NCBI GenBank assembly: GCA_023227965.1
Contig: JALOCA010000002.1
Location: 65,457 to 129,456, forward strand
Source: Lentimicrobiaceae bacterium
Lineage (GTDB): Bacteria > Bacteroidota > Bacteroidia > Bacteroidales > JALOCA01
DNA: 64,000 nucleotides
Reading direction: 5' to 3'
In this document: positions 20,503 to 29,942 of the stretch, one piece after another
How the letters are laid out: the number at the start of each line of letters is the position of its first letter
Numbering within the stretch: the stretch's first letter is position 1
Position numbers and translations under genes: made by a program
The notes under the pieces: generated by a model
The model's database searches: none
Seen by the model: only the letters and a program-made list of their open reading frames with translations
What the model was told of the DNA's origin: nothing

Positions 20503-20510
20503 CAAAATTA
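20503..20510 (-). promoter_or_regulatory. candidate -7 promoter element (TAatTTTG) for the kdp operon
   Basis: The reverse complement of caaaatta is taattttg. It sits 21 nt upstream of the first in-frame ATG (20481) of the kdpF reading frame. Confidence 0.3.
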
Positions 20511-20710
20511 TAATCCAAGGTATTAAGAAAATATTAAAAAAGCATTTGCGGGTATAAAGATTTTATAAAATACGGCATTTCCCCTAAAACTGGAAATAAG
20601 AAGTAAAAAACTGTTATGTATTCGATACAGAACTGTCAAGGGAAAATAATACGGAAAGAAACAAGAAGAATGTACTGTTTTTCAACAACTATACTTTTCA
20701 GGCATTGATT

Positions 20711-21220
20711 TCAACGATTTAGGGCTGCAAGAATTTCCTTTTCATATTTAGCTACATATGCCGAAGACGGTCTTTCGCCGCAATGCCGGCAGGCAATATC
20801 GTAAGCGGAGTTGATGGTTCCGCATTTGCTGCAGGTATATTTCGCCAGAACTTCCTTATTCCAGATTTCAATGCCTCTGGAAAGCAAACATGCAGTATCA
20901 GAATATAAATCCATACGATGCGGGCGTTCCTGTTTGAATTTTTCGAGTGTTTCGCATGGGTATTCGTCACATTGTCCGCAATAATCAATATTTTTTTCTG
21001 CAATACATTTCAGGAAGCTGCACTGCTGGCAATGTCCTGCCCGTTTTTCGCTGCGACAGCCATTGCATTTCATTACCTCGACCGGAACATTCATTCTTGA
21101 ACTGATAAATTCCAGCCGTTTCATATCTTCCCGGGTGCCTATGTATATTGAACAAACCTGGCAATGTAAACCGCAGGCGGAAGAAATTTTTATTAACTGA
21201 GCGTTAGTTTTTGTTTCCAT
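20711..21220 (-). CDS. cysteine-rich DUF3795-like protein with a C-terminal zinc ribbon
   Basis: 169 aa with many CxxC pairs: CGLHCQVCSIY, CNGC, CQQCSFLKC, CGQCDEYPC and CSKCGT...CRHCG. The pattern fits my recollection of DUF3795. Confidence 0.65.
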   Translation of the reverse strand: METKTNAQLIKISSACGLHCQVCSIYIGTREDMKRLEFISSRMNVPVEVMKCNGCRSEKRAGHCQQCSFLKCIAEKNIDYCGQCDEYPCETLEKFKQERPHRMDLYSDTACLLSRGIEIWNKEVLAKYTCSKCGTINSAYDIACRHCGERPSSAYVAKYEKEILAALNR

Positions 21221-21317
21221 TTTTTAAATTTTTGGCAAAAATAAGAGGATATAAAAATTATGAATCATTAAATTGGGTGAATGACTGATTCCTTAAATTG
21301 AATGCAGGATTAAATCA

Positions 21318-21325
21318 TACCTTTG
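21318..21325 (+). promoter_or_regulatory. candidate -7 promoter element (TAccTTTG)
   Basis: tacctttg lies 24 nt upstream of ATG 21350. The ORF-track start at 21323 is simply the TTG inside this motif. Confidence 0.4.
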
Positions 21326-21349
21326 CATACTTTTTCCATAAACAGGATA

Positions 21350-22600
21350 ATGACAGTAGATTCCACAAAACACGATGCCTATGCAGCACTGAGGATACCC
21401 GAATTCAGGTTGTTTCTTTCGGGAAGATTCCTGCTTACTTTTGTCATCCAGATGCAAAGTGTAATCATCGGCTGGCAGGTATATGAAGTTACAAAGGATG
21501 TTCTTGCATTGGGATTCATAGGTTTGGCTGAGGCAATTCCGTTTCTTTCAGTTGCCTTGTTTGCCGGATGGGCTGCCGACAGGTTCAACAGGAAAAAAAT
21601 AATCATGATTTCCACTTTTACGTACTTGCTGGGAGCCGTTTGCCTGCTTTTGCTAAGTTATCGGTTTGCCAGCCTGTATGCACAATTTGGAGTCATACCC
21701 ATTTACACTATTATTTTTGTTACCGGGATAGGAAGGGCGTTTTTTTATCCTGCCCAAGCAGCACTTATGGCACAATTAGTTCCCCGGAGTTTATACCCCA
21801 ATTCATCAACATGGAACAGTACCATTTGGCATATTGCAGCGGTAAGCGGTCCGGCTGCCGGAGGACTGGTTTATGGTTTTGCAGGAATACACACGGCTTA
21901 TTTTTGTGTCGTCGGCGGTGTAATCCTTTCGCTGATAATGTTTTTTTACGTTAAAAATAAGCCACTTCCACCGATTGTAAAAGGAGAAACCCTGATACAG
22001 GGGCTTGGTGCTGGCATCAGGTTTGTCTTCAGCAACCAGATAATATTGGGAGCCATTTCTCTTGATATGTTTGCCGTTCTTTTTGGGGGTGCTGTTGCAC
22101 TATTACCTGTTTTTGCATCCGACATTCTGCACACAGGACCGCAAGGATTAGGCTTTCTACGGGCTGCACCGGCTTTGGGTGCCATTGGTATGGCTTTGTT
22201 TCTTGCTTACCATCCTCCCCTGAAATCGGCGGGGCGAAACCTCTTGCTGTCAGTGGCAGCATTTGGCATCTGCATCATTGGTTTTGCGCTTTCCCGTAAT
22301 TTTTATCTTTCCCTGGCATTGCTTGCTGTTGGCGGGGTATTCGACAATGTAAGTGTGATAATCAGGCATACCATACTTCAACTTTACATCCCCGACAATA
22401 TGCGTGGAAGGGTGATGGCTGTAAACAGCATTTTTGTCGGTTCTTCCAACGAAATCGGTACCTTCGAATCGGGATTGGCTGCGCGGCTGCTGGGACTTAT
22501 TCCCTCGGTAATCTTTGGCGGAAGTATGACGCTGGCTGTTGTGGGCATAACTGCCAGAATTGCTCCCAATCTTCGCAAACTGAGTATTGTAAAACAATAA
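21350..22600 (+). CDS. MFS transporter (EntS/MFS_3-like exporter)
   Basis: About 416 aa from MTVDSTKHD, with 12 predicted TM helices and a motif-A-like GWAADRFNRKK after TM2. Confidence 0.85.
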   Translation: MTVDSTKHDAYAALRIPEFRLFLSGRFLLTFVIQMQSVIIGWQVYEVTKDVLALGFIGLAEAIPFLSVALFAGWAADRFNRKKIIMISTFTYLLGAVCLLLLSYRFASLYAQFGVIPIYTIIFVTGIGRAFFYPAQAALMAQLVPRSLYPNSSTWNSTIWHIAAVSGPAAGGLVYGFAGIHTAYFCVVGGVILSLIMFFYVKNKPLPPIVKGETLIQGLGAGIRFVFSNQIILGAISLDMFAVLFGGAVALLPVFASDILHTGPQGLGFLRAAPALGAIGMALFLAYHPPLKSAGRNLLLSVAAFGICIIGFALSRNFYLSLALLAVGGVFDNVSVIIRHTILQLYIPDNMRGRVMAVNSIFVGSSNEIGTFESGLAARLLGLIPSVIFGGSMTLAVVGITARIAPNLRKLSIVKQ

Positions 22601-22602
22601 CC

Positions 22603-23280
22603 ATGGTAGAAGTTTTTGCTGTACAAACCCTCAACGAAGATGCTTACCAACAGGTAAAACCCGTTTTTATGCGGCTGCTTCCTTTGAATTCACAGGAAAG
22701 GACGGAAAGTTATACTCATCCTGCATCGCAACAACGGACTTTGCTTGGAGAGGTACTGACACGCAAAATAATTTCACAAAAAACAGGCATTGCTCCTGAC
22801 AAATTCTTATTTTCACTTAGCAAACATGGCAAGCCTTATCTGAATGATTTCCCGCAACTGCATTTTAACATTTCCCATTCGCACGAATGGGTGGTTGTTG
22901 CTGTTGCTTCTGCTCCCGTTGGAATTGACGTGGAAAGAATCAGAAAACCCCGCCTTGATGTAGCCTTGCGTTTTTTCAGCGAGGAAGAAAAAAACGTTTT
23001 GCTAAAACTACCCGATGAAGAACAGACGCAATATTTTTACCGGCTTTGGACCATTAAGGAAAGTTACCTTAAGTTAACGGGTGAAGGCTTAACAGCATCA
23101 CTCAACACATTTACCGTAAAGCAACAGAATGAAAATTTTGCCATTTTCAAAGAGGAAGTAAAACAAAATATACACGTAAAAATATATCCCGGTATTCCCG
23201 GTTTCTGCCTCGCAGTTTCGTCAGAAGAAAATAGTTTTGCCGAACTTGTTAATACGGATATTTCTTTCCTGGCAGGCTGA
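22603..23280 (+). CDS. Sfp-type 4'-phosphopantetheinyl transferase
   Basis: 225 aa carrying FNISHS, GIDVERI and WTIKESYLKLTGEGL, the PPTase signature motifs. The ATG lies 2 nt after the MFS stop. Confidence 0.85.
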   Translation: MVEVFAVQTLNEDAYQQVKPVFMRLLPLNSQERTESYTHPASQQRTLLGEVLTRKIISQKTGIAPDKFLFSLSKHGKPYLNDFPQLHFNISHSHEWVVVAVASAPVGIDVERIRKPRLDVALRFFSEEEKNVLLKLPDEEQTQYFYRLWTIKESYLKLTGEGLTASLNTFTVKQQNENFAIFKEEVKQNIHVKIYPGIPGFCLAVSSEENSFAELVNTDISFLAG

Positions 23281-23298
23281 AAACTCAGTCAACCGGTT

Positions 23299-23991
23299 TT
23301 AACCGGGAACAAAAACAATGCTCCCCGTATCGGTTAACGGACCATCGTAAAGTTCAATTATTTGTAATTCGCAGGAATTTATCATTTTCTTCACTTTTTC
23401 ACCTTCGCGGTAATATTGAAGGCTTCCGCAGATAAAAACCGTATCCTGAAAAATGCCACAGCATCCTCCGAAAAAACCATTTGCAAATCCTTCAAGTACT
23501 ATACCTTCGGGATTAACATACAAAATCTGGGCTTGCTGGTTAAGCAGTTTTCTTTCAATACCCCGGTCGGAAGTGATGAACCGTTTTCCGGGTAGGGCTA
23601 ACAAATTGCAACGGGCGTAGCCCTGATTAACGTTTACCCAAAACCGGTTTCCCACATTTTCCTTTATAACTACATCGGTTACATGAATATTATGAATCAG
23701 AAAATCATCTGTTACCACGGCATTGTACCGGGCGCTTCCGGGGTAATTGCTCTCAACCATTTTTTTACCACTTCGGAAGCTTATGCTGTTTTTCTCAAAA
23801 AAATTAAAATATTCCTGAGGAAGGTTTGGTGCCGTAAAAAGGCATGAATCAAAATTGCAGAAAAAAATGTCAGGATGTCCCGAGATGGCTGGGTAAGCAA
23901 TGTTACTCGTTTGTAATTCAATCAAATTGCCAAACTTTGAAAGATTTTGCTTTGCCGACGAAGGCATTTTTTTGTCAATTATAATCCACAT
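23299..23991 (-). CDS. conserved-looking hypothetical protein (no motif recognised)
   Basis: 230 aa, soluble-looking, with features ISGHPDIFFC and GFFGGCCGIF. Its start overlaps the stop of the upstream radical SAM gene by 17 nt. Confidence 0.55.
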   Translation of the reverse strand: MWIIIDKKMPSSAKQNLSKFGNLIELQTSNIAYPAISGHPDIFFCNFDSCLFTAPNLPQEYFNFFEKNSISFRSGKKMVESNYPGSARYNAVVTDDFLIHNIHVTDVVIKENVGNRFWVNVNQGYARCNLLALPGKRFITSDRGIERKLLNQQAQILYVNPEGIVLEGFANGFFGGCCGIFQDTVFICGSLQYYREGEKVKKMINSCELQIIELYDGPLTDTGSIVFVPG

Positions 23992-25003
23992 AGTAATTTC
24001 TGTTTTTCAATGCAGGGTCGGCTGTAAATCTAACTTTGCGATAGAATTGCAAAAGTCGTTTCCGGTTTGCTGCTCCATAACCTATTGCAAAATTTAATTC
24101 GGTTGGAGAAACAGAAACTTGTATTTCATTTTTATCCGAATGAATGCAGAGAGGTGCAAGCAAGTCGTTCCATATTTTGGTAAGCACCAATTCCCTGAAA
24201 GAAACATGAAAAGGTCCGGCAATGAGTTGGCTTCGGGTAAGCAATCCTTCTGAGGGATGCAATCCTATGCGCAGGATTCTGACATTTTTTTCTTCAAAAA
24301 CAGGAATAAGAAGTTTAACACGCTGCACGGCTTCCGGAAGAGAAAGTGGCTGGTATTTACCTTCGTAATACATTTTTGCAAGAGGTGTTTTCCTGATAAC
24401 CAAAACCGGGTAAATACGCGTGTTAGCAGCACCAAGCGCAACTATTTCCCGGGCAGTAGCCACTGATTTTTCTGGCGTGTCACCAGGTAAGCCAACCATC
24501 ATCTGCAATCCTAACTCTATTCCCTCATCAAGTATTGCCTGCGATGCTTTTTCTATATCCTCAACGGTATGCCCCCTGCCCGAAAGGCGTAATACTTCGT
24601 CGTCGAACGACTGCGCTCCCAACTCAACTACTTTGACTTTATATTTTTTAAGTAACGCAAGAATTTCTTTATTGATGTAATCGGGTCGTGTTGAAACCCT
24701 AAGGTGCTGCACCCTTCCGTCTTCAACAAAGCGGAAAGCTGCTTTCAGGTAATCTTCCATTAGGCTGAAAGGAAGCCCTGTAAAACTTCCGCCGTAAAAT
24801 GCAATTTCCACCCGCGAATTTTCAGCAGGAATACCCTGTAGATAAGCCGTAACTTTTTTGATGACATCTTCCGGCTTCGGTATGCTAATACTCCCGGTAA
24901 TTTTTTGCTGGTTACAAAAAATACACTGGTGAGGACAAGCCAACTGGGGAATAAAATTAGGAATAATGTAGTATGGCAGGGCATTGTTGGAAAGCATAAA
25001 CAA
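23975..25003 (-). CDS. radical SAM protein (Elp3/HemN-like core, no acetyltransferase domain)
   Basis: 342 aa. The CxxxCxxC motif near the N-terminus reads LACPHQCIFCNQQKITG. VEIAFYGGSFT and a TIM-barrel-like remainder follow. Confidence 0.85.
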   Translation of the reverse strand: MFMLSNNALPYYIIPNFIPQLACPHQCIFCNQQKITGSISIPKPEDVIKKVTAYLQGIPAENSRVEIAFYGGSFTGLPFSLMEDYLKAAFRFVEDGRVQHLRVSTRPDYINKEILALLKKYKVKVVELGAQSFDDEVLRLSGRGHTVEDIEKASQAILDEGIELGLQMMVGLPGDTPEKSVATAREIVALGAANTRIYPVLVIRKTPLAKMYYEGKYQPLSLPEAVQRVKLLIPVFEEKNVRILRIGLHPSEGLLTRSQLIAGPFHVSFRELVLTKIWNDLLAPLCIHSDKNEIQVSVSPTELNFAIGYGAANRKRLLQFYRKVRFTADPALKNRNYYVDYN

Positions 25004-25143
25004 ACATAAGCAAAATATTAACAGAAAAGCACAGAACTAATCATAGGAAAGCATTGTTACATCCAACGGATAATTTCCGGGGTTTCAATTTTACCTGCAA
25101 CTTCATATTTACCTGCTTTCGGTCATTTTAAATAAAATCCGTT

Positions 25144-25151
25144 TACCTTTG
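25144..25151 (+). promoter_or_regulatory. candidate -7 promoter element (TAccTTTG)
   Basis: tacctttg lies 15 nt upstream of ATG 25167. The track start at 25149 is the TTG inside the motif. Confidence 0.4.
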
Positions 25152-25166
25152 CATAAAAATACCCGT

Positions 25167-26351
25167 ATGCAATCTGACAAAATTAGGCAACTTTCACGGG
25201 AGCACCTTTCAGAAATTACTGTCATCCGGCGGCATCTGCATGCCCATCCCGAACTGTCGGGCAAAGAATATGAAACTTCGGAAGTTATTGCCACCCAACT
25301 TACCCGCATGAGAATTCCTTTTCGCAAAAACATAGCCGGAACTGGTTTGCTTGGAGTTATTGAAGGGAAAAACCCCGGAAAAACCGTTGCCTTGCGTGCC
25401 GATATGGATGCACTTCCCATAACTGAAAAAAACGAAGTTACTTATGCTTCATGTAACGAAGGAGTTATGCATGCTTGCGGACACGATGCTCACATGGCTT
25501 CTTTGCTCGGAGCTGCCATGATTTTGCAACAACTCAGAGACAGTTTCGATGGGAAAATCCTTCTTATTTTTCAGCCTTCCGAAGAAAAATACCCCGGTGG
25601 AGCCATTCAGATGCTTCAGGAAGGAATTTTTGAAAATGAAAAACCCGATTCAATAATCGCTCAGCATGTTCTTCCTACTCTCGAAACGGGTTTTGTTGGA
25701 ATGAAAGCAGGAAAATATATGGCGTCAACCGACGAAATTTATATCACGGTTATCGGTAAGGGTGGACATGCTGCAACCCCCGAACTACTTGTTGACCCGG
25801 TGCTCATTTCAGCACATATCCTTGTAGCTTTGCAAAGTATCGTTAGCCGGAACGCCCCACCCCACATCCCTACGGTACTTTCTTTTGGAAAAATAGTGGC
25901 AAACGGACGCACAAACGTCATCCCCGACAAGGCGGAAATGGAGGGCACTTTACGTACTTTCAATGAAGAATGGAGGAAAAAGGCACATAAAAATATTACC
26001 CGTATTGCCACCTCTATTGCCGAAAGCATGGGTGGCGAAGCAGAAGTTTTTGTTGACAAAGGCTATCCTTTCCTTGTAAATGACGAAAGGCTAACCCAAC
26101 GCGCCATGAAATATGCTGCACAATATTTAGGTAAAGAAAAAGTTAAAGAATTAGACATCCGGATGACCGCAGAGGATTTTGCCTATTTTTCGCAGCAAGC
26201 ACCTTCACTGATGTATCGCCTCGGAATTGCCAATGCCAGTAAAGAAATAACATCAAATCTGCATACCAACACTTTCGATATTGACGAATCGAGCCTCGAA
26301 ACCGGAATGGGGTTGCTCGCTTGGTTCGCCATTTGTGAACTTGCTGTGTAA
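25167..26351 (+). CDS. M20D family amidohydrolase (N-acyl-amino-acid or hippurate hydrolase-like)
   Basis: About 394 aa with RRHLHAHPELSGKEYETS, ALRADMDALP and MHACGHDAH as metal ligands. Confidence 0.88.
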   Translation: MQSDKIRQLSREHLSEITVIRRHLHAHPELSGKEYETSEVIATQLTRMRIPFRKNIAGTGLLGVIEGKNPGKTVALRADMDALPITEKNEVTYASCNEGVMHACGHDAHMASLLGAAMILQQLRDSFDGKILLIFQPSEEKYPGGAIQMLQEGIFENEKPDSIIAQHVLPTLETGFVGMKAGKYMASTDEIYITVIGKGGHAATPELLVDPVLISAHILVALQSIVSRNAPPHIPTVLSFGKIVANGRTNVIPDKAEMEGTLRTFNEEWRKKAHKNITRIATSIAESMGGEAEVFVDKGYPFLVNDERLTQRAMKYAAQYLGKEKVKELDIRMTAEDFAYFSQQAPSLMYRLGIANASKEITSNLHTNTFDIDESSLETGMGLLAWFAICELAV

Positions 26352-26684
26352 ATAAGCAACACCTAAATTCAAGATTGTCCATAGAGAATTCATTATTGAT
26401 CTCCTGATAGAGAGAATTCACAGAAATAAAAAATCCTTTCTACGGATATTAAAACCCTGACGGATTTTAGATATGCCTTCCGGCATTTTTGGCAAACAGT
26501 TAAGCAAACCAGACGATTATGCCCGCACTTTTGCCCCTCTAACCTTTAAGCAGAAAAAATATTAAATAAAAATCAATTGCAAATAGCCCAATAGCTTATT
26601 GACTAACTAACACAATCTTTTAACCCCCAAATCCTATTTTCTAATCCTTTAAAATATTTTCTCAATAATCCATTTCAAAAACTG

Positions 26685-26692
26685 TAGCTTTG
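26685..26692 (+). promoter_or_regulatory. candidate -7 promoter element (TAgcTTTG), implying a leaderless or near-leaderless mRNA
   Basis: tagctttg ends 4 nt before ATG 26697. Confidence 0.3.
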
Positions 26693-26696
26693 CGTT

Positions 26697-27725
26697 ATGA
26701 TTTTAGTTACCGGAGCCACGGGATTGCTGGGTTCGTACCTGATAAGCGCATTACTGAAGCGTGGAGAAAAAGTACGGGCGCTCAGGCGTAGCAGTACCGA
26801 TATGCGTATGTTGCAAAAAGTTTTATCATACCAGAGTGAAAACCCTGAAGCATTATTTTCTGCAATTGAATGGTTGGAAGGTGATGTATGTGATGTGTAT
26901 TCCCTCGAAGAAGCCATGAAGGGAATATCGCAGGTATATCATTGTGCAGGTATAGTATCGTTTGAACCACGTTTCAGGGAAATGATGATGAATACCAACG
27001 TAAGAGGAACGGCGAACGTGGTAAATGCCGCATTGCATTGTGGTATCGACAAACTATGCCATGTAAGCTCCGTTGCTGCACTTAGCCGAACTGAGGCAGA
27101 CGAAGTCATTGACGAAAATTCCACATGGAAACCTTCCGGGCACAATTCTGTTTATGCCGTCAGCAAATACAATGGCGAACGCGAAGTATGGCGGGGAATG
27201 GAAGAAGGACTTAATGCTGTAATTGTTAATCCCTCGATAATAATCGGCTATGCGGGAAACAACAGCGGAAGTTCTCAGTTGTTTTCCACTATTGATGCCT
27301 GCTCCTGGTTTTACAGCAACGGGGTTAACGGTTTTATTGATGTACGCGATGTGGCAAGCTGTATGATTACATTAACCAACAGCGATATCAGCGGGAAACG
27401 TTTTGTGCTTTCGGCTGAAAATCTGAGCTACCGTCAACTGTTTATTTTTATTGCCGCACAACTGGAGAAAAAGCTCCCTTTTATCCGGGCAGGCAATGGT
27501 TTGCTCAGCCTTGTATGGAGAATAGAAAAATTACGTTCCTTGTTGTTGCGAAGCCAACCCATGATTACCATGGAAACAGTCAACACTCAAAAAAACAGGT
27601 ATTTTTATAACAACAATGCAATAAAGCAAGCAACGGGTATTAATTTTATACCAATAGAAGAAAGCATATCCTATTTTTGCAGTAAATATTCAGCCGACAA
27701 ACCATGGTTTCATTGCAGGGAATAA
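26697..27725 (+). CDS. NAD-dependent epimerase/dehydratase family (extended SDR) protein
   Basis: 342 aa with the Rossmann motif MILVTGATGLLGSYL and the YAVSK catalytic YxxxK. Confidence 0.85.
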   Translation: MILVTGATGLLGSYLISALLKRGEKVRALRRSSTDMRMLQKVLSYQSENPEALFSAIEWLEGDVCDVYSLEEAMKGISQVYHCAGIVSFEPRFREMMMNTNVRGTANVVNAALHCGIDKLCHVSSVAALSRTEADEVIDENSTWKPSGHNSVYAVSKYNGEREVWRGMEEGLNAVIVNPSIIIGYAGNNSGSSQLFSTIDACSWFYSNGVNGFIDVRDVASCMITLTNSDISGKRFVLSAENLSYRQLFIFIAAQLEKKLPFIRAGNGLLSLVWRIEKLRSLLLRSQPMITMETVNTQKNRYFYNNNAIKQATGINFIPIEESISYFCSKYSADKPWFHCRE

Positions 27726-28324
27726 AAAACATCATTTTCGATTTTGGCGGAGTCATCCTTAATCTTGATTTTAAAGCCGGTGAAACTGCTTTTGCCAGAC
27801 TTGGGGTAACAGATTTTGCAGAATTGTATTCGCAAATTAACCAGGTGCATATTTTTGATGACCTCGAAAAGGGCATCATCAGTCCAACAGAATTTAACAG
27901 GCGGATACATGTGCTAATCAACAAGGATATAAGCGATGAAGACCTTAATATTGCCTGGAATTCCATGCTGGGAGAAATGCCGCCCCAAAGAATCCGGACG
28001 CTGTTGCGATTGAAAAATATCTACCGCACATTTTTGCTTAGCAATTCCAATGCTATCCATTATGCCGTATTTGTAAAGGAGTTGCAGGAAAAATACGGCT
28101 TTGCTTCTTTCGACGAATTGTTTGAAAGGGTGTACTTTTCGTTTCGTGAAAGGATGAAAAAACCCGATCCGGAAATTTACAATTATGTATTACACACCAG
28201 CAACCTGATTCCGGAAGAAACTTTGTTTATAGAGGATACTGAAAAGAATCTGGTGCCTGCACGCCAGTTGGGCATACACACGTACTTGTTGCAGCCTGGT
28301 GAAGATATTTCCACATTGTTTTAA
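27704..28324 (+). CDS. HAD-superfamily hydrolase (subfamily IA)
   Basis: 206 aa with motif I IIFDFGGVI, motif II LLSNSN, and a C-terminal acidic motif in FIEDTEKN. It overlaps the preceding gene by 22 nt. Confidence 0.85.
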   Translation: MVSLQGIKNIIFDFGGVILNLDFKAGETAFARLGVTDFAELYSQINQVHIFDDLEKGIISPTEFNRRIHVLINKDISDEDLNIAWNSMLGEMPPQRIRTLLRLKNIYRTFLLSNSNAIHYAVFVKELQEKYGFASFDELFERVYFSFRERMKKPDPEIYNYVLHTSNLIPEETLFIEDTEKNLVPARQLGIHTYLLQPGEDISTLF

Positions 28325-29671
28325 TCACAATTCGTTATTCTGTATCATACGATAAATGGTGGTTTTACCAATCCCCAACTTACTAGCAACCAATCGTACT
28401 TTGTTGTCATATTTTTGTAGAAAGTGATTGATAATTTTTTTGTTATACTCTTCCAGTGTAGTTTCCTGCAAAAGAAAATCGCTCATGGTTGTGGCAGAAG
28501 TAAAAGAAATATCATTTTCGTCAATAGTTTCGGTGTTGGTCATTACGGCTGCCAGTTCAACAATTGCTTTCAGTTCGCGGACATTTCCCAGATAGGGATA
28601 TTTTTTTAACTTTTCAAATGCATTCGAACTTATGGTAAGCTTTGGCATTTTATTTTTTTTGCAAAATTCATCCGCAAAATATTTTGCCAATAGAATCAAA
28701 TCGTTTCCGCGTTCACGAAGCGGAGGAAGTTCAATGGGCAAACCCAGCAAACGATAATACAGGTCTTCCCTGAAATTACCTTTTCTCACTTCGTCTACCA
28801 GGTTTTTGTTAGTAGCTACCACTAATCTTACATCCAAATTAATAGTTAGGTTGCTGCCGATGCGTGTAATTTCTTCTTCCTGAAGGGCTCTCAGGAGTTT
28901 CGACTGCATATTGAGGTCCATATCGGCAATTTCATCGAGAAAAAGAGTACCCTTGTTTGCTTCCTCAAATTTACCAATGCGACGGGAAATTGCCCCGGTA
29001 AAAGCGCCTTTTTCGTATCCAAACATTTCGCTTTCTATCAATTCTTTGGGGATAGCCGTAACATTTACGGCAATAAAAGGCATTTTACGCCGTGGGGAGT
29101 TAAAATGGATGGCTTTGGCAACGAGTTCTTTTCCTGTACCGGTTTCCCCCGAAATAGATACGGTAATATTGGTCTTTACTGCTTTTTCTATAAGAGTAAA
29201 AATTTTATGAATTTGCGGACTTTCTCCTTTTATCAGGTTCTGATATTCGTATTTTTTCCCAATTTCCTCCTCCAGTACGGATATTTTCTGACGCAGACGC
29301 TGATTTTCACGAATGTTTTTAACAATATTCCACAAACGGTCTTTGGTATCCTGATCTTTGATTACATAATCGTATGCCCCTTTTTTTAATAGTTCTATCG
29401 CCGTGGAAATGTCCTGCTGCCCCGAAACAATGATTACCGGTAAATCAGGATTGAATTCCCTGATGCGGTTAAGAGCTTCTAATCCATTCATCCCAGGCAT
29501 ATTATAGTCGAGAGTTACTACCGAAGGATTTTTATATAAGTTGGCTAACAGGCTTTTCCCGTCGCTAAAAACTTCCACTTCATAATCAGGATTAAGAGCA
29601 AGGTAATGGGCAAGAATTTTGGCAAAAACAAAGTCATCTTCTACGATAAATATTTTAAAATTACCTTCCAT
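28325..29671 (-). CDS. sigma-54-dependent response regulator (NtrC family)
   Basis: 448 aa. The receiver domain shows IFIVEDD...TLDYNMPGMNG. The AAA+ domain shows GETGTGKE, ESEMFGYEKGAFTGA and LFLDEI. A C-terminal Fis-type HTH is present (LGIGKTTIYR). Confidence 0.9.
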   Translation of the reverse strand: MEGNFKIFIVEDDFVFAKILAHYLALNPDYEVEVFSDGKSLLANLYKNPSVVTLDYNMPGMNGLEALNRIREFNPDLPVIIVSGQQDISTAIELLKKGAYDYVIKDQDTKDRLWNIVKNIRENQRLRQKISVLEEEIGKKYEYQNLIKGESPQIHKIFTLIEKAVKTNITVSISGETGTGKELVAKAIHFNSPRRKMPFIAVNVTAIPKELIESEMFGYEKGAFTGAISRRIGKFEEANKGTLFLDEIADMDLNMQSKLLRALQEEEITRIGSNLTINLDVRLVVATNKNLVDEVRKGNFREDLYYRLLGLPIELPPLRERGNDLILLAKYFADEFCKKNKMPKLTISSNAFEKLKKYPYLGNVRELKAIVELAAVMTNTETIDENDISFTSATTMSDFLLQETTLEEYNKKIINHFLQKYDNKVRLVASKLGIGKTTIYRMIQNNEL

Positions 29672-29910
29672 ACGCTTAAAAATTTAAACAGGCTAATGTA
29701 TAAAAATAATTTTAATTATGGGGATTATTCCCGTTATGAAAGAAAAATACAGACAATTCATTAAAAATTTAGTTTAAAAATTGTTGTTTAGAGAAGTATT
29801 TTAAGTATGTGGCGATAGATGAAGTTTGGGAAGATGTCTTTGGCGAAATATGTAAAAAATATTTAAAAACGGAATGTTAAATAATAAGTAAAATGATAAT
29901 GTTGTTTTTT

Positions 29911-29918
29911 TACTTTTG
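29911..29918 (+). promoter_or_regulatory. candidate -7 promoter element (TActTTTG)
   Basis: tacttttg lies 24 nt upstream of ATG 29943. The track start at 29916 is the TTG inside the motif. Confidence 0.4.
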
Positions 29919-29942
29919 TACACACTTAATCGAAAAGCATTT

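Noticed and set aside
20445-20710. A possible riboswitch or structured leader upstream of the kdp operon (c-di-AMP type, as in Firmicutes).
   Set aside because: I could fold no conserved-looking stems by eye. The candidate -7 box leaves only a very short leader before the first ATG of the kdpF frame. A covariance-model scan (Rfam) would be needed to settle it.
26473-26492. An ATGCC-TTCC-GGCAT hairpin followed by TTTTT downstream of the M20 amidohydrolase gene.
   Set aside because: The stem is only 5 bp and lies about 120 nt past the stop. It is plausible but too weak to list as a feature.
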